A stretch of 62,869 bases of DNA, filler included, from Lenisia limosa (taxonomy: Eukaryota > Protista > Breviatea): NCBI GenBank assembly GCA_001655205.1. It is 11 parts of 11 records of this genome, joined end to end, with 100 filler letters (N's around TTAATTAATTAA, not from the genome) between each part and the next. Parts side by side here need not be neighbours in the genome. Positions count along the whole stretch, not along the records: positions 24,057 to 27,210 come from LPNZ01000022.1; positions 27,311 to 40,890 come from LPNZ01010521.1; 9 more parts are not named here. One strand, written 5' to 3'. This document shows, in pieces, positions 27,001-39,000 of the stretch. Every line of letters starts with the position of its first letter. Position 1 is the first letter of the stretch. Both the position numbers and the translations under genes were made by a program. The notes beneath the pieces are model-generated. The model saw nothing but the letters and a program-made list of their open reading frames with translations, searched no databases and was not told the origin of the DNA.

Positions 27001-27124
27001 GGTCTGGATGGTGGAATGGGACACCAAAAGGGCACTTCTTTTCCGAAACACTCCACGCCAGTGTGGCTGTTTGCAACTCACGTTGAAATCGGACCTTCCA
27101 CTACCGGCAACTAAGAACACATGA
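24057..27124 (+). mobile_element. Zisupton/KDZ-superfamily DDE transposase ORF (>1010 aa, intronless, open to contig edge) with C-terminal RING
   Basis: NLS PPKKRK; SWIM-like CACGWRCCQH; CCPVC...CIDC zinc cluster; CAKHGRTPPLGISDG (first Asp, 25373); SAP-like SSKADIRSRL; CPCGVPLCAKSMLRSEGVGD; VLVTD; GHPVTG..LVISDYKH; NLARGE; C3HC4 RING at 26735-26839. Motif order matches Zisupton/HMGXB3-type cores as I recall them. Confidence 0.8.
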
Positions 27125-27142
27125 TACCTCCGAAGCCTCCTT

Positions 27143-27210
27143 TTCTTCTTCTTCTTCTTCTCTTCTTCTTCTTCTTCTTCTTCTTCTTCTTCTTCTTCTT
27201 CTTCTTCTTC
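27143..27210. repeat. (CTT)n microsatellite
   Basis: Directly visible; runs into the gap about 20 nt after the transposase stop codon. Confidence 0.95.
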
Positions 27211-28335
27211 NNNNNNNNNNNNNNNNNNNNNNNNNNNNNNNNNNNNNNNNNNNNTTAATTAATTAANNNNNNNNNNNNNNNNNNNNNNNNNNNNNNNNNN
27301 NNNNNNNNNNACCAGTCGACTCCATTGACGGCGGTAATAACACGGGTACATGATAGTCGTATAGGTGCAAAATGCTGGATGGGTGAATGGGAATGCATGC
27401 GCGTGACCGGAACTGATTCTTTTTGTTTTTTGCAGTAAAGTCTCTATTGAAGCTAGGATCATAGAGATCCGGCGGTTGACTGTACACAAAGAAAAACACA
27501 GATCCAAGGCCTCAATTATCTTCTTTTTGCGAAGAAAAGCTCTCTCCCCCCCCCCCCCCCNNNNNNNNNNNNNNNNNNNNNNNNNNNNNNNNNNNNNNNN
27601 NNNNNNNNNNNNNNNNNNNNNNNNNNNNNNNNNNNNNNNNNNNNNNNNNNNNNNNNNNNNNNNNNNNNNNNNNNGAGGTTGAAGAAGAGGGCAAAAAGAG
27701 TCTAAAGGGAATTTGTTAATAAACAAGGGTTTGATTTGACATAATACATAATTTAAATGATGTCAACATTGAAAAAATATTGTCGAACTCATTCGCATAG
27801 CTTCATTTTCAATAAGTTCGACAGCGTCATATATCAATGATACAACTTGATATAATCTATGCTGTTCTAAACCCAAACAAAAATCAACACAACGCACTGA
27901 AGCAAAGAGGCATTTCATCAATGGTTAAATATTAGGGCTCCGTGCAATTAGTTGACAAATTTAAAAGTGGCTGAAATAGAGTTCCCGTAACAATATATTC
28001 CACTTCAAAATTTGAAACTAATTTGTCAATTTATTGCACGGGACACTTAAATATAAAAACAAATCAATGGTCTTACCTTAATGAGTGCATATCGGAAATC
28101 GAACCATGAGTCGGGTCGAGATAGCGGGGCGGATGATCGGGGGTCTGATTCAAAATAGCTGAAATCGTAAATTGCTTTGTTTTCTGAATAGGAAAATGGC
28201 GATTAGGGTTATTATTCAAAAGTTAAACGTCAAGTAGAATCTCTCCACACCATCACATTGATATATGAAGATATTGATATTTACCACAAGGACGCCCTCG
28301 ATACACTGACCCCAAACAGGCTTACAAAAGATTAA

Positions 28336-29232
28336 TGAGTAGTGCGAAGGGAATAAAGCACACCAAACTGATGATCGAGACAACTACACAGTAAAAAGTT
28401 ATACCTTAAAATTTTGAATATGTACAAATGGAAATCACACACGAGAAAAAAATATAATTTAATGGAAGACGGACATTATGTGCCCTTGTTAGAGATATAT
28501 TCCTGCTCTAAAATACTAAAAAATAAAAAATAGTGATACTATGTTTCGTGGATTTACCAAGAGCAATAACACCTACCAAAATAAGGCATGTATGTTGTGG
28601 ACAAGCAGTCCGTATTCGACAAGCCAATAGCCGAGGCACTAGAGTCAGGGTTCTGACAAGACAGAAATGTCATGAAGAGCTAAAAAAAATCACTTTTGGA
28701 TGTTTTGGCATTATTTGAAGGTATTGATTTTGACTATCAATTTTAATAGGATGTCTGAATTCACAAAACCAGTTACCGACATTTAAGATGGGAATATACA
28801 AGGACGTTGCAATGACGGAAGTGGCGACTCGAAGGAATCGAATGATCATAATCGGTGTCGACCCGTCATCCTTGATAGGTAAAGTACAGGCAGTATATAC
28901 AGTGACCGGGATAAGTCTTAACTGATTTGCTATGTGATTTCCCAAGGAAAATCGGTCAAGACTTATCCTGGTCACTGTATATGTACTCAAATTTTCCAGG
29001 AAAAGAGTACTGCCATCTCAAATTTTCATATTCTCCGAACCTTATTTCTTTTGACCTCATCTGTAAATACAAAATTTGTTTGACTGAACTGAATCAAGGG
29101 AAAAAGTCGTCATTTTCGGGGATGAGAAATCAACACCACAAACCTTCGCAATTGTCATCGCTGAAATATAGGCAAGCGCTATGGTGATTGCAATGAAGCC
29201 GACTGTGACCCAAAACACTGAGGACACCACCC
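28336..29232 (+). CDS. Possible hypothetical multi-exon gene
   Basis: MSSAKGIKHTKLMIETTT|gtaaaa; GCLNSQNQLPTFKMGIYKDVAMTEVATRRNRMIIIGVDPSSLI|gtaaag; GKEYCHLKFSYSPNLISFDLI. Linking uncertain. Confidence 0.3.
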
Positions 29233-29628
29233 TAAATAGTTGAGTTGGGGGATTGTGCACTCAGAAATAAGAACAGTGATATGACTATCAACGAGTTAGA
29301 TGAGTTTCAAGAACATCTGTCAAGCCCTTATGACTTTCCAACGGTAAGAAAAAGAACGGTAAAAATATCAATATTTATTGATATATGAACGGACAAACGA
29401 ACATAATGCTATGGTGGGGTGGGGGACGCGGTAAAAATGAAAAATTTATGANNNNNNNNNNNNNNNNNNNNNNNNNNNNNNNNNNNNNNNNNNNNNNNNN
29501 NNNNNNNNNNNNNNNNNNNNNNNNNNNNNNNNNNNNNNNNNNNNNNNNNNNNNNNNNNNNNNNNNNNAGCAAGATAGACAAAATCAGATCATGGATTGAA
29601 GGAGATGGATCATGGATTGAAGGAGATG

Positions 29629-29795
29629 GATGAAGCCCTGGTCTGTTTTGACCAATCAAGCTGTTGATAATTGGGACATTATTGTTTCTATAGTATAATA
29701 TACGAGCTAATACATTGTAATGCGGGTTATAATATAGAAACAATAATGTCCCAATTATCAACAGCTTGATTGGTCAAACAGACCAGGGCTTCATC
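29629..29795. repeat. Near-perfect inverted repeat, ~64-nt arms, ~40-nt loop
   Basis: gatgaagccctggtctgttttgacc...gtttctata (29629-29692) pairs with tatagaaac...cagggcttcatc (29733-29795), with one 1-nt indel. Confidence 0.95.
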
Positions 29796-29885
29796 ATATT
29801 TGGTAATCCAAAATTTTGAAAATCCAAGTTGGAACAAAAGAGAGGGCGGGTTCAGATATGTGCTCATTCCATTATGATCCAACTT

Positions 29886-30537
29886 ACGTTAAAGAGAGGC
29901 CAAGTTGCGATACAGGCGACGAAAACAGGTCGAAGAACTGCGTGACAATGCTGTAGCCACCGCCACATCCCAGACTAACGATGAAGGACAGAAGTTCTGG
30001 ATAATCAATTTGATCCCTGCGAAAATCTGCGAGCAGCCCATTTACAATTGAATGATCAAAGAAAAAAAACCAAAAAGAAGTGGAAGAGTCATGAGTGCAG
30101 TTGGAATGGCGGAATACAAGCGGCGGGATCGAGTGAAAAAGGGCAGCTGAAATACGGAGGGCCATTATCATAGCCACTAATATCCCACATCATATGTGTT
30201 ACGCAACTACTTTTGCAGTAAAATATGAAAAAAAACGGGGTAAAACAACCTCTGGCACTGCATCACCAGCCTACGGAATAGATCAACGAATAGAGTGGAA
30301 ATCTGAATCAGTTTATTACGTCTTTGCCCTGTTTTGTATTAGTAATAATGAGCAAAGTGCAGTCAGGAGCCAATGCTTACCAGCAACGAGGGTATGGAGA
30401 AGCTTGAAGAGGTTTTCCTCCCATTTCGACCTAACTTGAGAATCTAATGAATCAACCCAAGCAGTTGAAGGGGTCTGCGACATTCCGGACGAGAAGTTTC
30501 CCCCGCTTTGCAGATTACCGCCCGTAGATCCTGCCAT
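29886..30537 (-). CDS. Hypothetical multi-exon gene, 5' part
   Basis: MAGSTGGNLQSGG...KWEENLFKLLHTLVA|gtaagc and VNGLLADFRRDQIDYPELLSFIVSLGCGGGYSIVTQFFDLF...SLT|gtaagt. Confidence 0.4.
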
Positions 30538-31131
30538 TTTTGGGTTATATTCTCGGATTCCTATTCTAATAACATTGCACTACGTTATAAACCAAAGTCA
30601 CTTTGATTCACAAAAAAAAATTCCACATTATCCCTCAATAATGTGTTCGGGGGTGGCTATATGATACCCTTTTCCAAGTTCTTGGGGTTCTTCCGTTTCT
30701 TCCATGCTCCTCTGAATACGATAAATCAATACATATTATTACTAGAATCAAGAGGAATAATAGCCAACAATCTCAAGTTATCGCAGATCCGAGTCTATCC
30801 CAATGTCCCCATTGCACCTCTTCATTCTGTTAACAGTATGTGGATATGTCGATATTCGGTGCAATATATGTTGACAACTCATGTATCTCACGTTGATTTT
30901 TTCTCTCTCAACTATTTGGGGTCAATCGTGTTAACATGGATGATTAGTCTCAAGGTAGATTAGTCTGGTATATTAATGGGCTTTAATCTCGTGAAATGGT
31001 TGGTCTTGTTAACATATGTTGTTGCTCATGTGTGATGCTTAGTATTTTTTAACATGATTAGTCAAACTAACATGTACTCATACTGCCCAGAAGGCTGGCA
31101 ACAATGATCCATGTAGACATGTGTCTACTTC

Positions 31132-33688
31132 ATGACGGTCAACGGAGTGTCCTTGAATGCCGGAGGAGAAACCACCATTGTATGTAGCGTTTTAAAGCAA
31201 CGCTGTAATTATATATATTTTACATTTCAGAGTGGGGGTCTTATTGTCGATGGCCAAAACACAGATACCAGAATATCCAGGTTTGTGAAAGGGCAGGGTG
31301 CACTGATCAGAGGTTATCTTCTTTCAATGATATTTTCCAATGCGGGCCTTTTCTCGGTTATTATCGCACTTTCGGTTCCAAAAGACCGAAAAAATATCGA
31401 TATTTAATCGAGGATTCATCGAGATTGGGTATTTCTTTGGAACCGAAAGCGGAACTAAAACAAACGGAAAATATTGGTGCCTTCATGCTCAAAAAAAATG
31501 TCCCTCCCACCCCTCCCCCCCTAGCCCTTAATGAGTTGGAAGACTGTGAACCGAAACCTTTTTTTTTGAGGTTTACAAAATGCTACTGTTAAATTTTATT
31601 GACAAATGTGCTGTCCATTATATTGAACGTCTGTATTTGTATTCTCTGCCGAGTTCAAAAAGACTAGAAGAGAAAAATGTTCAATACATATCATATGCAC
31701 ATACGATATATGCTGGGGAGAGACGCAGAAAGCTATGCAAATGTTTAGGTGTATTAATACAATACTACATTCCGATGTCTCCGACCAGATACAACCTTTT
31801 TTATTTCTAATCTCTATGAAATTATATATTTTTTCCCCCATTCAATCTTTAACCCGATAGTTTGGAGTCGGACTTAGCCACAGCCACGGAAAATTTGGTG
31901 GCAGCGGAGACCAAAATCACCAACTTGGAAAATAGTCTTGCTGATCTGAAGGGGATGCAGCAGGTTGGAGGCTTTATTGATGGATTTGTGTTTCGATTTA
32001 GTCAAATGAAAGCATTGGTATTTAAAGAAACAGTGCAAACTGTTGGAACACTGTTTTGAATGCCTTTTTAGTACCCCCACTGGCAACCTCTCCTGCGCCT
32101 GATACTTCCTTTTGATTTCTCCTTAAAACCCTATGAATTTGTCACCTCATCTTTGTAGCTGACAAAAGTCAAGTAAGCCAGCGTTGAGGAATTGAGTGAT
32201 AGGCAATTCTCTTGCATAATTTCGGTCCTTGGATCGTTAGTAGACCTTCTGCAAGTTAGACTACAGTCTCAAGCTATATAATTTATTGTTTTTTGCTCTT
32301 CTATTCCATCAACCCCCCCCCCCTTTTTTTTTTTTTTNNNNNNNNNNNNNNNNNNNNNNNNNNNNNNNNNNNNNNNNNNNNNNNNNNNNNNNNNNNNNNN
32401 NNNNNNNNNNNNNTGTTCTTCTCAACCCTCGTGTGGACAGAGTTGATTTTGGGTTTTTCTGGCCCATTTTCCAGTTTTAACCCCGTCCCCAGTACGACGG
32501 CAGGAAATACGTTCTACGTTGGCCTCACCGATCCTATGACGTGGACTCAGGCGGACATCTTTTGCAAAGCCAAAGTAGGGCAAGTAGTGTGACTGAGATT
32601 GTTTTGGAGAAGGTTATCTTGTCTTAAGTATTGTTTCTCACTTTGTTTCACCTATTCAAATACAGTATCTTATTCCACCAGGGTCTTCGTCTTGCTATAA
32701 TCAGAACATTAGCAGACACTGTTGACATCCATACCTTCGTAACAGCCCAAAAAAAGCTGTGGCTTGACTTTAAGGCAGATTCTTCTTCTGTAAGTGGGGC
32801 AATTTTTCTCTCTTCAAGTCAATATCTGCAACTGAGTAGTTTTTAAGATTATTTTTATCGAACTAGTGGCCACATTATTTTTATGTTTGGCTAAATGTGA
32901 TATGTCACCTTTAGGGCTTTACTTGGGTTCTTGAAAATGTCGATTTTTCGAGGATTTATTGAGAAATTCAGTATTTTTGAACGGAAGTGAAGCCCTAGCC
33001 ACTTTGTGGTGGGGTGTATGCCCGTCCTGGAACCAAAGAATGAAATCANNNNNNNNNNNNNNNNNNNNNNNNNNNNNNNNNNNNNNNNNNNNNNNNNNNN
33101 NNNNNNNNNNNNNNNNNNNNNNNNNNNNNNNNNNNNNNNNNNNNNNNNNNNNNNNNNNNNNNNNNNNNNNNNNNNNNNNNNNNNNNNNNNNNNNNNNNNN
33201 NNNNNNNNNNNNNNNNNNAGTACAACTTCAAGGTTACGTTCACCGGTGAAACGTTCAGTACGGGAGGACCTGGGGCGAGTGCTGCTACTGTTGGCTCAGG
33301 ATTCGAATCCGGCCTGTATGATGGGAGATATCATTTGCTCCGATAAGAGAGAGAGAGAGTGGGTAAAGGTCACTCATATGCACTGAACACAGGTTAAGAT
33401 AGGACAAATATAACTTCAGTTTTTGTTTTCGACTTCACCCCCCCCCCCTTTTTTTTTTGGAAATCAGACTTATAATCAAGCTATTNNNNNNNNNNNNNNN
33501 NNNNNNNNNNNNNNNNNNNNNNNNNNNNNNNNNNNNNNNNNNNNNNNNNNNNNNNNNNNNNNNNNNNNNNNNNNNNNNNNNNNNNNNNNNNNNNNNTGGT
33601 GGTCTACCCAGCCAAATTGCCAGGGGTGTAATATCATGCTTCACTACGGCGCCTACGATAACCTGTTTACCGATGATGCCAATTCTGT
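31132..33688 (+). CDS. C-type lectin domain protein with coiled-coil neck
   Basis: TVNGVSLNAGGETTI|SGGLIVDGQNTDTRIS|LESDLATATENLVAAETKITNLENSLADLKGMQQ, then FYVGLTDPMTWTQADIFCKAK|GLRLAIIR...LWLDFK, WWSTQPNCQGC. Shows the W..A..FC....LA.I, LWL and W...QPN landmarks of CTLDs. Part lies in gaps. Confidence 0.6.
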
Positions 33689-36062
33689 GTAAGCGTTTGT
33701 CATATTCTGTGTTTGACTGGTGAAGCACTTAGAAAGCTGTGACGGTACTGCATGGGTGAATTATTAATAATATGAATGTGATGATGTGGAGGGCTAATAT
33801 AACTTTAATCCAGTTTCCTATAGCATTTTAGTAGAGTTTAGCATATTGTGATGTGAACACTCAGTCACGAATAGTTCCTTTGTGGCTTTTCTCATGGAAT
33901 GTAGCCTCGCAACACCTCTCTGTATGAAGTTTTAAGTGTTAACGTGACTCTTCTGTCTCTCTATGTGTGTGTGACTAATTCCATTATCTCCTATGCATGT
34001 TTGGCTTTCCAGATACAACTTATTATTTCATATCTCGACATAAATATGTATCGAAGTCTCGGATGCCTTTAACAATCATTCCTTGCTCTTCGGNNNNNNN
34101 NNNNNNNNNNNNNNNNNNNNNNNNNNNNNNNNNNNNNNNNNNNNNNNNNNNNNNNNNNNNNNNNNNNNNNNAAATCCAAGGAAGTACTAAACTTTGGCAG
34201 CGAGTAGACTTTGGTGTTTCTGGGCGGTAAACTTAATATTGTATACTGAAACCACAGCAAGAATGACCCCCTCCCTCCCCCTCCGTTTGTTTGTGACAAA
34301 ACTTTTGTGAGTGAAAATGTTCATGGGTTTCATGAAATATAGGAAGGGAGAAGGGACTAATTGTCCAAGAATATACCCGACGGCGTCCAGGGAAGTTCAT
34401 GATGCTTTTAGGGACCGTCAATTCCCCCAATACATTGCCCGTATTTGCGTCTAATATTATTTATGCGACATTTGTTGACCCCGACAATACATAGCAAAGC
34501 AAATGATAAGTCAAAGTCACCCCCCCCCCCTATAACATACGTTTGGTCTTGGGTCAATTTTTACATGCCTTTGCCTTTCATGATTCATGTCATGACTGAT
34601 CTTGTCCCATGTTACAGGCCAGTAGTTATTACTGCGTCTACTGCGCGAAGCTACGACACACGACGAGCTAGTTATCCTCTCTGGGGAGGCCTGGTAGAGC
34701 GGCCCTTTTTAGGGGCCCCTTTTGCCCCTTTTTGCTTGTGAACATCGGACCCCACTATTTTACCCGGGCCCGACCGGGCCGGGTCGATTGACACGGATAC
34801 GGAGTTACACGATGATACCCGGAGATTGGTTAGATAAAGATCCATAGTAAATACAGTTCTCAAGGCACGAATAATCGATGGAAAGTTGCGAGAGTATCAG
34901 AAATTTCACACAGGTAGGAGGGCTGCTCGTTATCCATGATAAAGGATATGGCATTACGAGAATTCCAGAGCCCTGATCCAGAGATCAAAAAGTGAGGGAA
35001 ATATTAGTTTCAGAGCAATTTCAGCAATTTATAGAAATCTATAAATTTTTGCCAAGTGAGTGAGAATGTGGGCAAAATAGGAGGCGTTGTGCCGGTTGGG
35101 GCGTGAAAAACAATTAACGTGAAATAACAACGTGAAAATAAATAACCAAATATGTTGTTGGTTGAACTATGTTTTGTTTTATTTTGTTTTCTTCACAAAC
35201 CAGGTTTCTTCTCACGTTGAGCCAATTGAGCCTGTTTCTTCAATGTCTACCAGTCCTGCTACATGAGAATCCTACCTTCTCAAACACCACTCTCAGCTGC
35301 CATGTTGCCAATGCCCCTCACCCATCTGACCATCACTGCCCTCCCACACCCACAACAACTGTCACTGCTATCACCATTATCACTAGTGAACCTTCGAGCA
35401 GCCTCCATTGACAAAGTCGAGAACCTCTTCTCCTTACTACACAGTCACCTTGGAACCTGTAATCTGCGCACGTTCCGCGAAAATATGCTGAAAATCCTTC
35501 GTGTATCAGGATTAGCCCAAACCCAGATTGGTTTTTTGTCACCTCCCAAAAGCGTATAACACTTCTTACGTAAATTTTTAAATTTATTTAGAAGCTCAGA
35601 AAATTGAAATTTTCCTAAATTGAAAATGAGAAATACACATCTACACGTGGAGAAATTCAAATAAGGGGCCCAATTTTTCCTTCAAAGCTGAGTGCGTCTC
35701 GTCATTCTAGGGATGTCAAAATTGGTCAAAGTTGACTGACACATTTAACGGTCCTAATCTGATTAACTTCGGGAAATCGGATTATGAAAGTTAAGGCCAT
35801 GAGCCCTATATCAAGTAAGCATATAACACAAATGGCGGATGCATATGTGTGAATAATATCCTCATATGATATGATATACATATCTATATATCATATGTAT
35901 GATATGTATGATATATTATATTATTATGTTATCACCAAAGACTCGAGACTGTAGCTCAAAAATTGCTAGAATTTTTAGCCCAAGATTGTGGAAGATTCTC
36001 AAGCTCTAAATCCATGTCGTTTTATTTGGTCTTGTCAAGAGGGTATTCACCCTTCAAACCAA

Positions 36063-39000
36063 ATCAGCTCCTGAACGAATAAGACCTTCTGCAATTGAAA
36101 GCGCCTGCTCTGGGGAGAGGTCCCCTCTGCACAGAATCTGTATGGGGGTTTCTCCGTCGATCTATCGTAATATTAGAGTCATACGACTTTGAGAACATAA
36201 ACTGTGTTTTAATGTATTGGCTTAATGCCCCACCAAAAAAAGAACATGATGGAATATGTCCAAATGTAAACACAAACACGAGAGAACAAGCGATCTTGTA
36301 TATAAAAGGATCTGTGTTGAAAAAACATCTGAATACCATGGACATGAGTTGCATAATATAAAATCACTCACATCAGTTGCATTAACATCTTCGTTGGCAC
36401 CATTGTCTAGAAGGTAGTTTAGCACCTCGGTGTAATCCTCAATTTTCAGCATTCCTGCACAGAGAACGTGGAGCGGGGAACCCTAGATTGTAAACAATTT
36501 CCTCTATTGTGGGAATAGGTGGGGTATTGCAGATAGTGTTTTCCTTAAAAAAAAACAATCAAAACATGATATGATAACGGCTTCGATCTGGGAACCCAAA
36601 CTCACACAGTCTGAAATATCCCGCGCTCCGAAAGCTTTTACTAACACATAAAGAAAAGGTATGGGATTTTCTGAGAGGAGTGCCGATTCCAAGAGGTCTG
36701 TGGGAGCGTCATCTTCATTGTTCTGGATGGATGAGATGTAGAAATGTTCTTATAATCACACATGGTATAATATCTTTGATAGTACTGAAAAACAGTACTT
36801 TTTGTTAATACTTAATCAAAGAATATCAGATAACCTTATTCAATTTAGCCATGTGTTTCCGCGTCTGAAAATAGGGCCATTTTTCAACCGCTTGAAATAT
36901 TAACAAAATACCCTCAAACATCCAGAATTCGTGTTGTACGTTCCGCACCATTTGCTATCAAAAGCTGAGTGGCTGATAATTTGTCATCATCAACCGCTCG
37001 ATGAAGAGCCTGTTTCTTGTAAGTTTCCAATACTTTTCATTTGACTTTAACCAGATAGTCGAGACAAAAACATTGAGGGGGTTGTTTCACATCTACACAT
37101 ATCGAGATCTAGATACATGTATCATATATATATATGATATCATATATATTTACATATATCGATATAGCTATATCACATATCGATATATAGTATATATATT
37201 ATATATAAAAAAAAATATAATTATATATTACATGCATATTACATATCATATATATATTACCCATAATATATACTATCTATATTATATTATAATATAATAA
37301 TGTCTTGACGGATTTGCAATAGTACTTCCCAAGGAAAATCAGTCAAGACTTATACCAGTCATTGTATATTATATGTACCTAATTATATGAATCACCTTGT
37401 TTTTAGCTTCTTGGCAAATCCCCTTTCCAAGAAGGAATTTGAGTTTCGATTGGTAGGTTTCAGAAAGAACTGCGTATTCTAAGGGGAAATATCCGCCTGC
37501 ATCAGCGTTGTCATATTCAGCACCAGCATCAACTAGCTTTTCAAGGACTTTGTAACAGCAAGAGTCGAGACAGCATTGATGAAATAGTGACATCTGTTCA
37601 ATAAGTGTTGTCATTATACCTAATAAAATACTGACTGTACATAAATCGAGAACTACTACCTCCATAATCAAAATAAGCACAACGCCCAGCTTATGGCACC
37701 AAGTTGAAGTACACGTATGCCAAGGGCTTCCCTACGGTTTGAAAAATTTAGTCTTTTTTTGGACTGTAGGGAAGCCCTACGTATGCCCCTCACCAGTCCA
37801 CTCCCCCATAGCCCTTATTCGGTTCCTGGATATTCACACATATAGTTCAAATATAAAAGGGTACTTGTACATATTTATTTTTTTCTGCAAGCATGGTTGT
37901 TGAAAGGAGAGTGAAAGCCAAAATGAATTATATTTCTTCGAAACCAACCTGGTCATTTTGCGCATTAACATCAGCTCCAGATTGGATTAGTTTATCAACA
38001 AGTTCAAGGTCACCTTGCTCACATGCGTAAAACAGGGCAGCTCGTCCCTGGAGAGAATTACATCATAGAAACGAATATATTTAATGACAGGGCCGACTAT
38101 GTCAAAGAATACTGCTTTTAACTCTTTATGACACAGTAAATTCAAACAATTCTAAATACAACTGAGAATTACAAATAAAACACTATACTGACCACTAAAC
38201 CTACATTAACAACTTTGTTGATGTATGTAGTTCCTTTAATCTTCTCAAGAATTATATTAATCATTTCACTTTTCTTGAGAACTATTGCCATGCCAAGTGG
38301 GGTGTAGTCCTAAAATTGTGAGATTAAAACCTGTGGCATACTATAGAAGTATTATAATATCCAAATATGTTAGACAAACGCAGATCTGAGAAATAAAACC
38401 CGTTGATATCTGGCTAAAATCTTTCGCATCATCCAGCTTATAGGAGATATTGGATGATACTATAGTTTGAACAAGCGTGTTATTGGAATTGTAAACCAAA
38501 CATACATAGTTTAATTTGAAGGCAAACGCACTTTTCATGTCGGATTCAGTTACCTCTTTTAGTTTTTTAAGGTTACTGTCCCGAAGAGCATTGAAAACCT
38601 CTTCAAAACTCTGAAATAGTAAGAGCATTATCTAATACTATGATGTTTCTAACAGTCAAAAAGCTACTGACTGAGAGTTTCCTATTGATGACAAAAGTTA
38701 AAACCCCCAATTTACTTTAACTCGCTTCACGGCACCTGCTTCAATCATTATACTGATTATATTGTATGAACAGTTCGAAAATGCATACTCCAACGGGCTC
38801 GTGTACTGAAAATGTCAGTTTTACTATGTGTCTCTGAACCAATAACAATTAATTTGAAATCACATTTTATTGTATTCACAGAAAAAAAGCAGTTTCATTA
38901 TCCAAGCTATCGATCTGTTATCCCTACAAGGGTAGTCATCACAAATATATATTATATTACTTTTTCAGTTGTTTTATAGGGGAGGATAATATTTACATAA

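Noticed and set aside
22025-27710. Apparent clustering of the transposase with neighbouring genes
   Set aside because: The transposase contig is bounded by linkers at 24001 and 27255, so neighbours are not physically linked. The same applies to ankyrin/EGF/FERM/GAS8/IDE adjacency.
37120-37300. AT-rich (ATATC/ATAT)n tracts here and at ~3700, 10660, 15120, 35860, 60790
   Set aside because: Degenerate simple repeats in introns, with no defined ends or structure.
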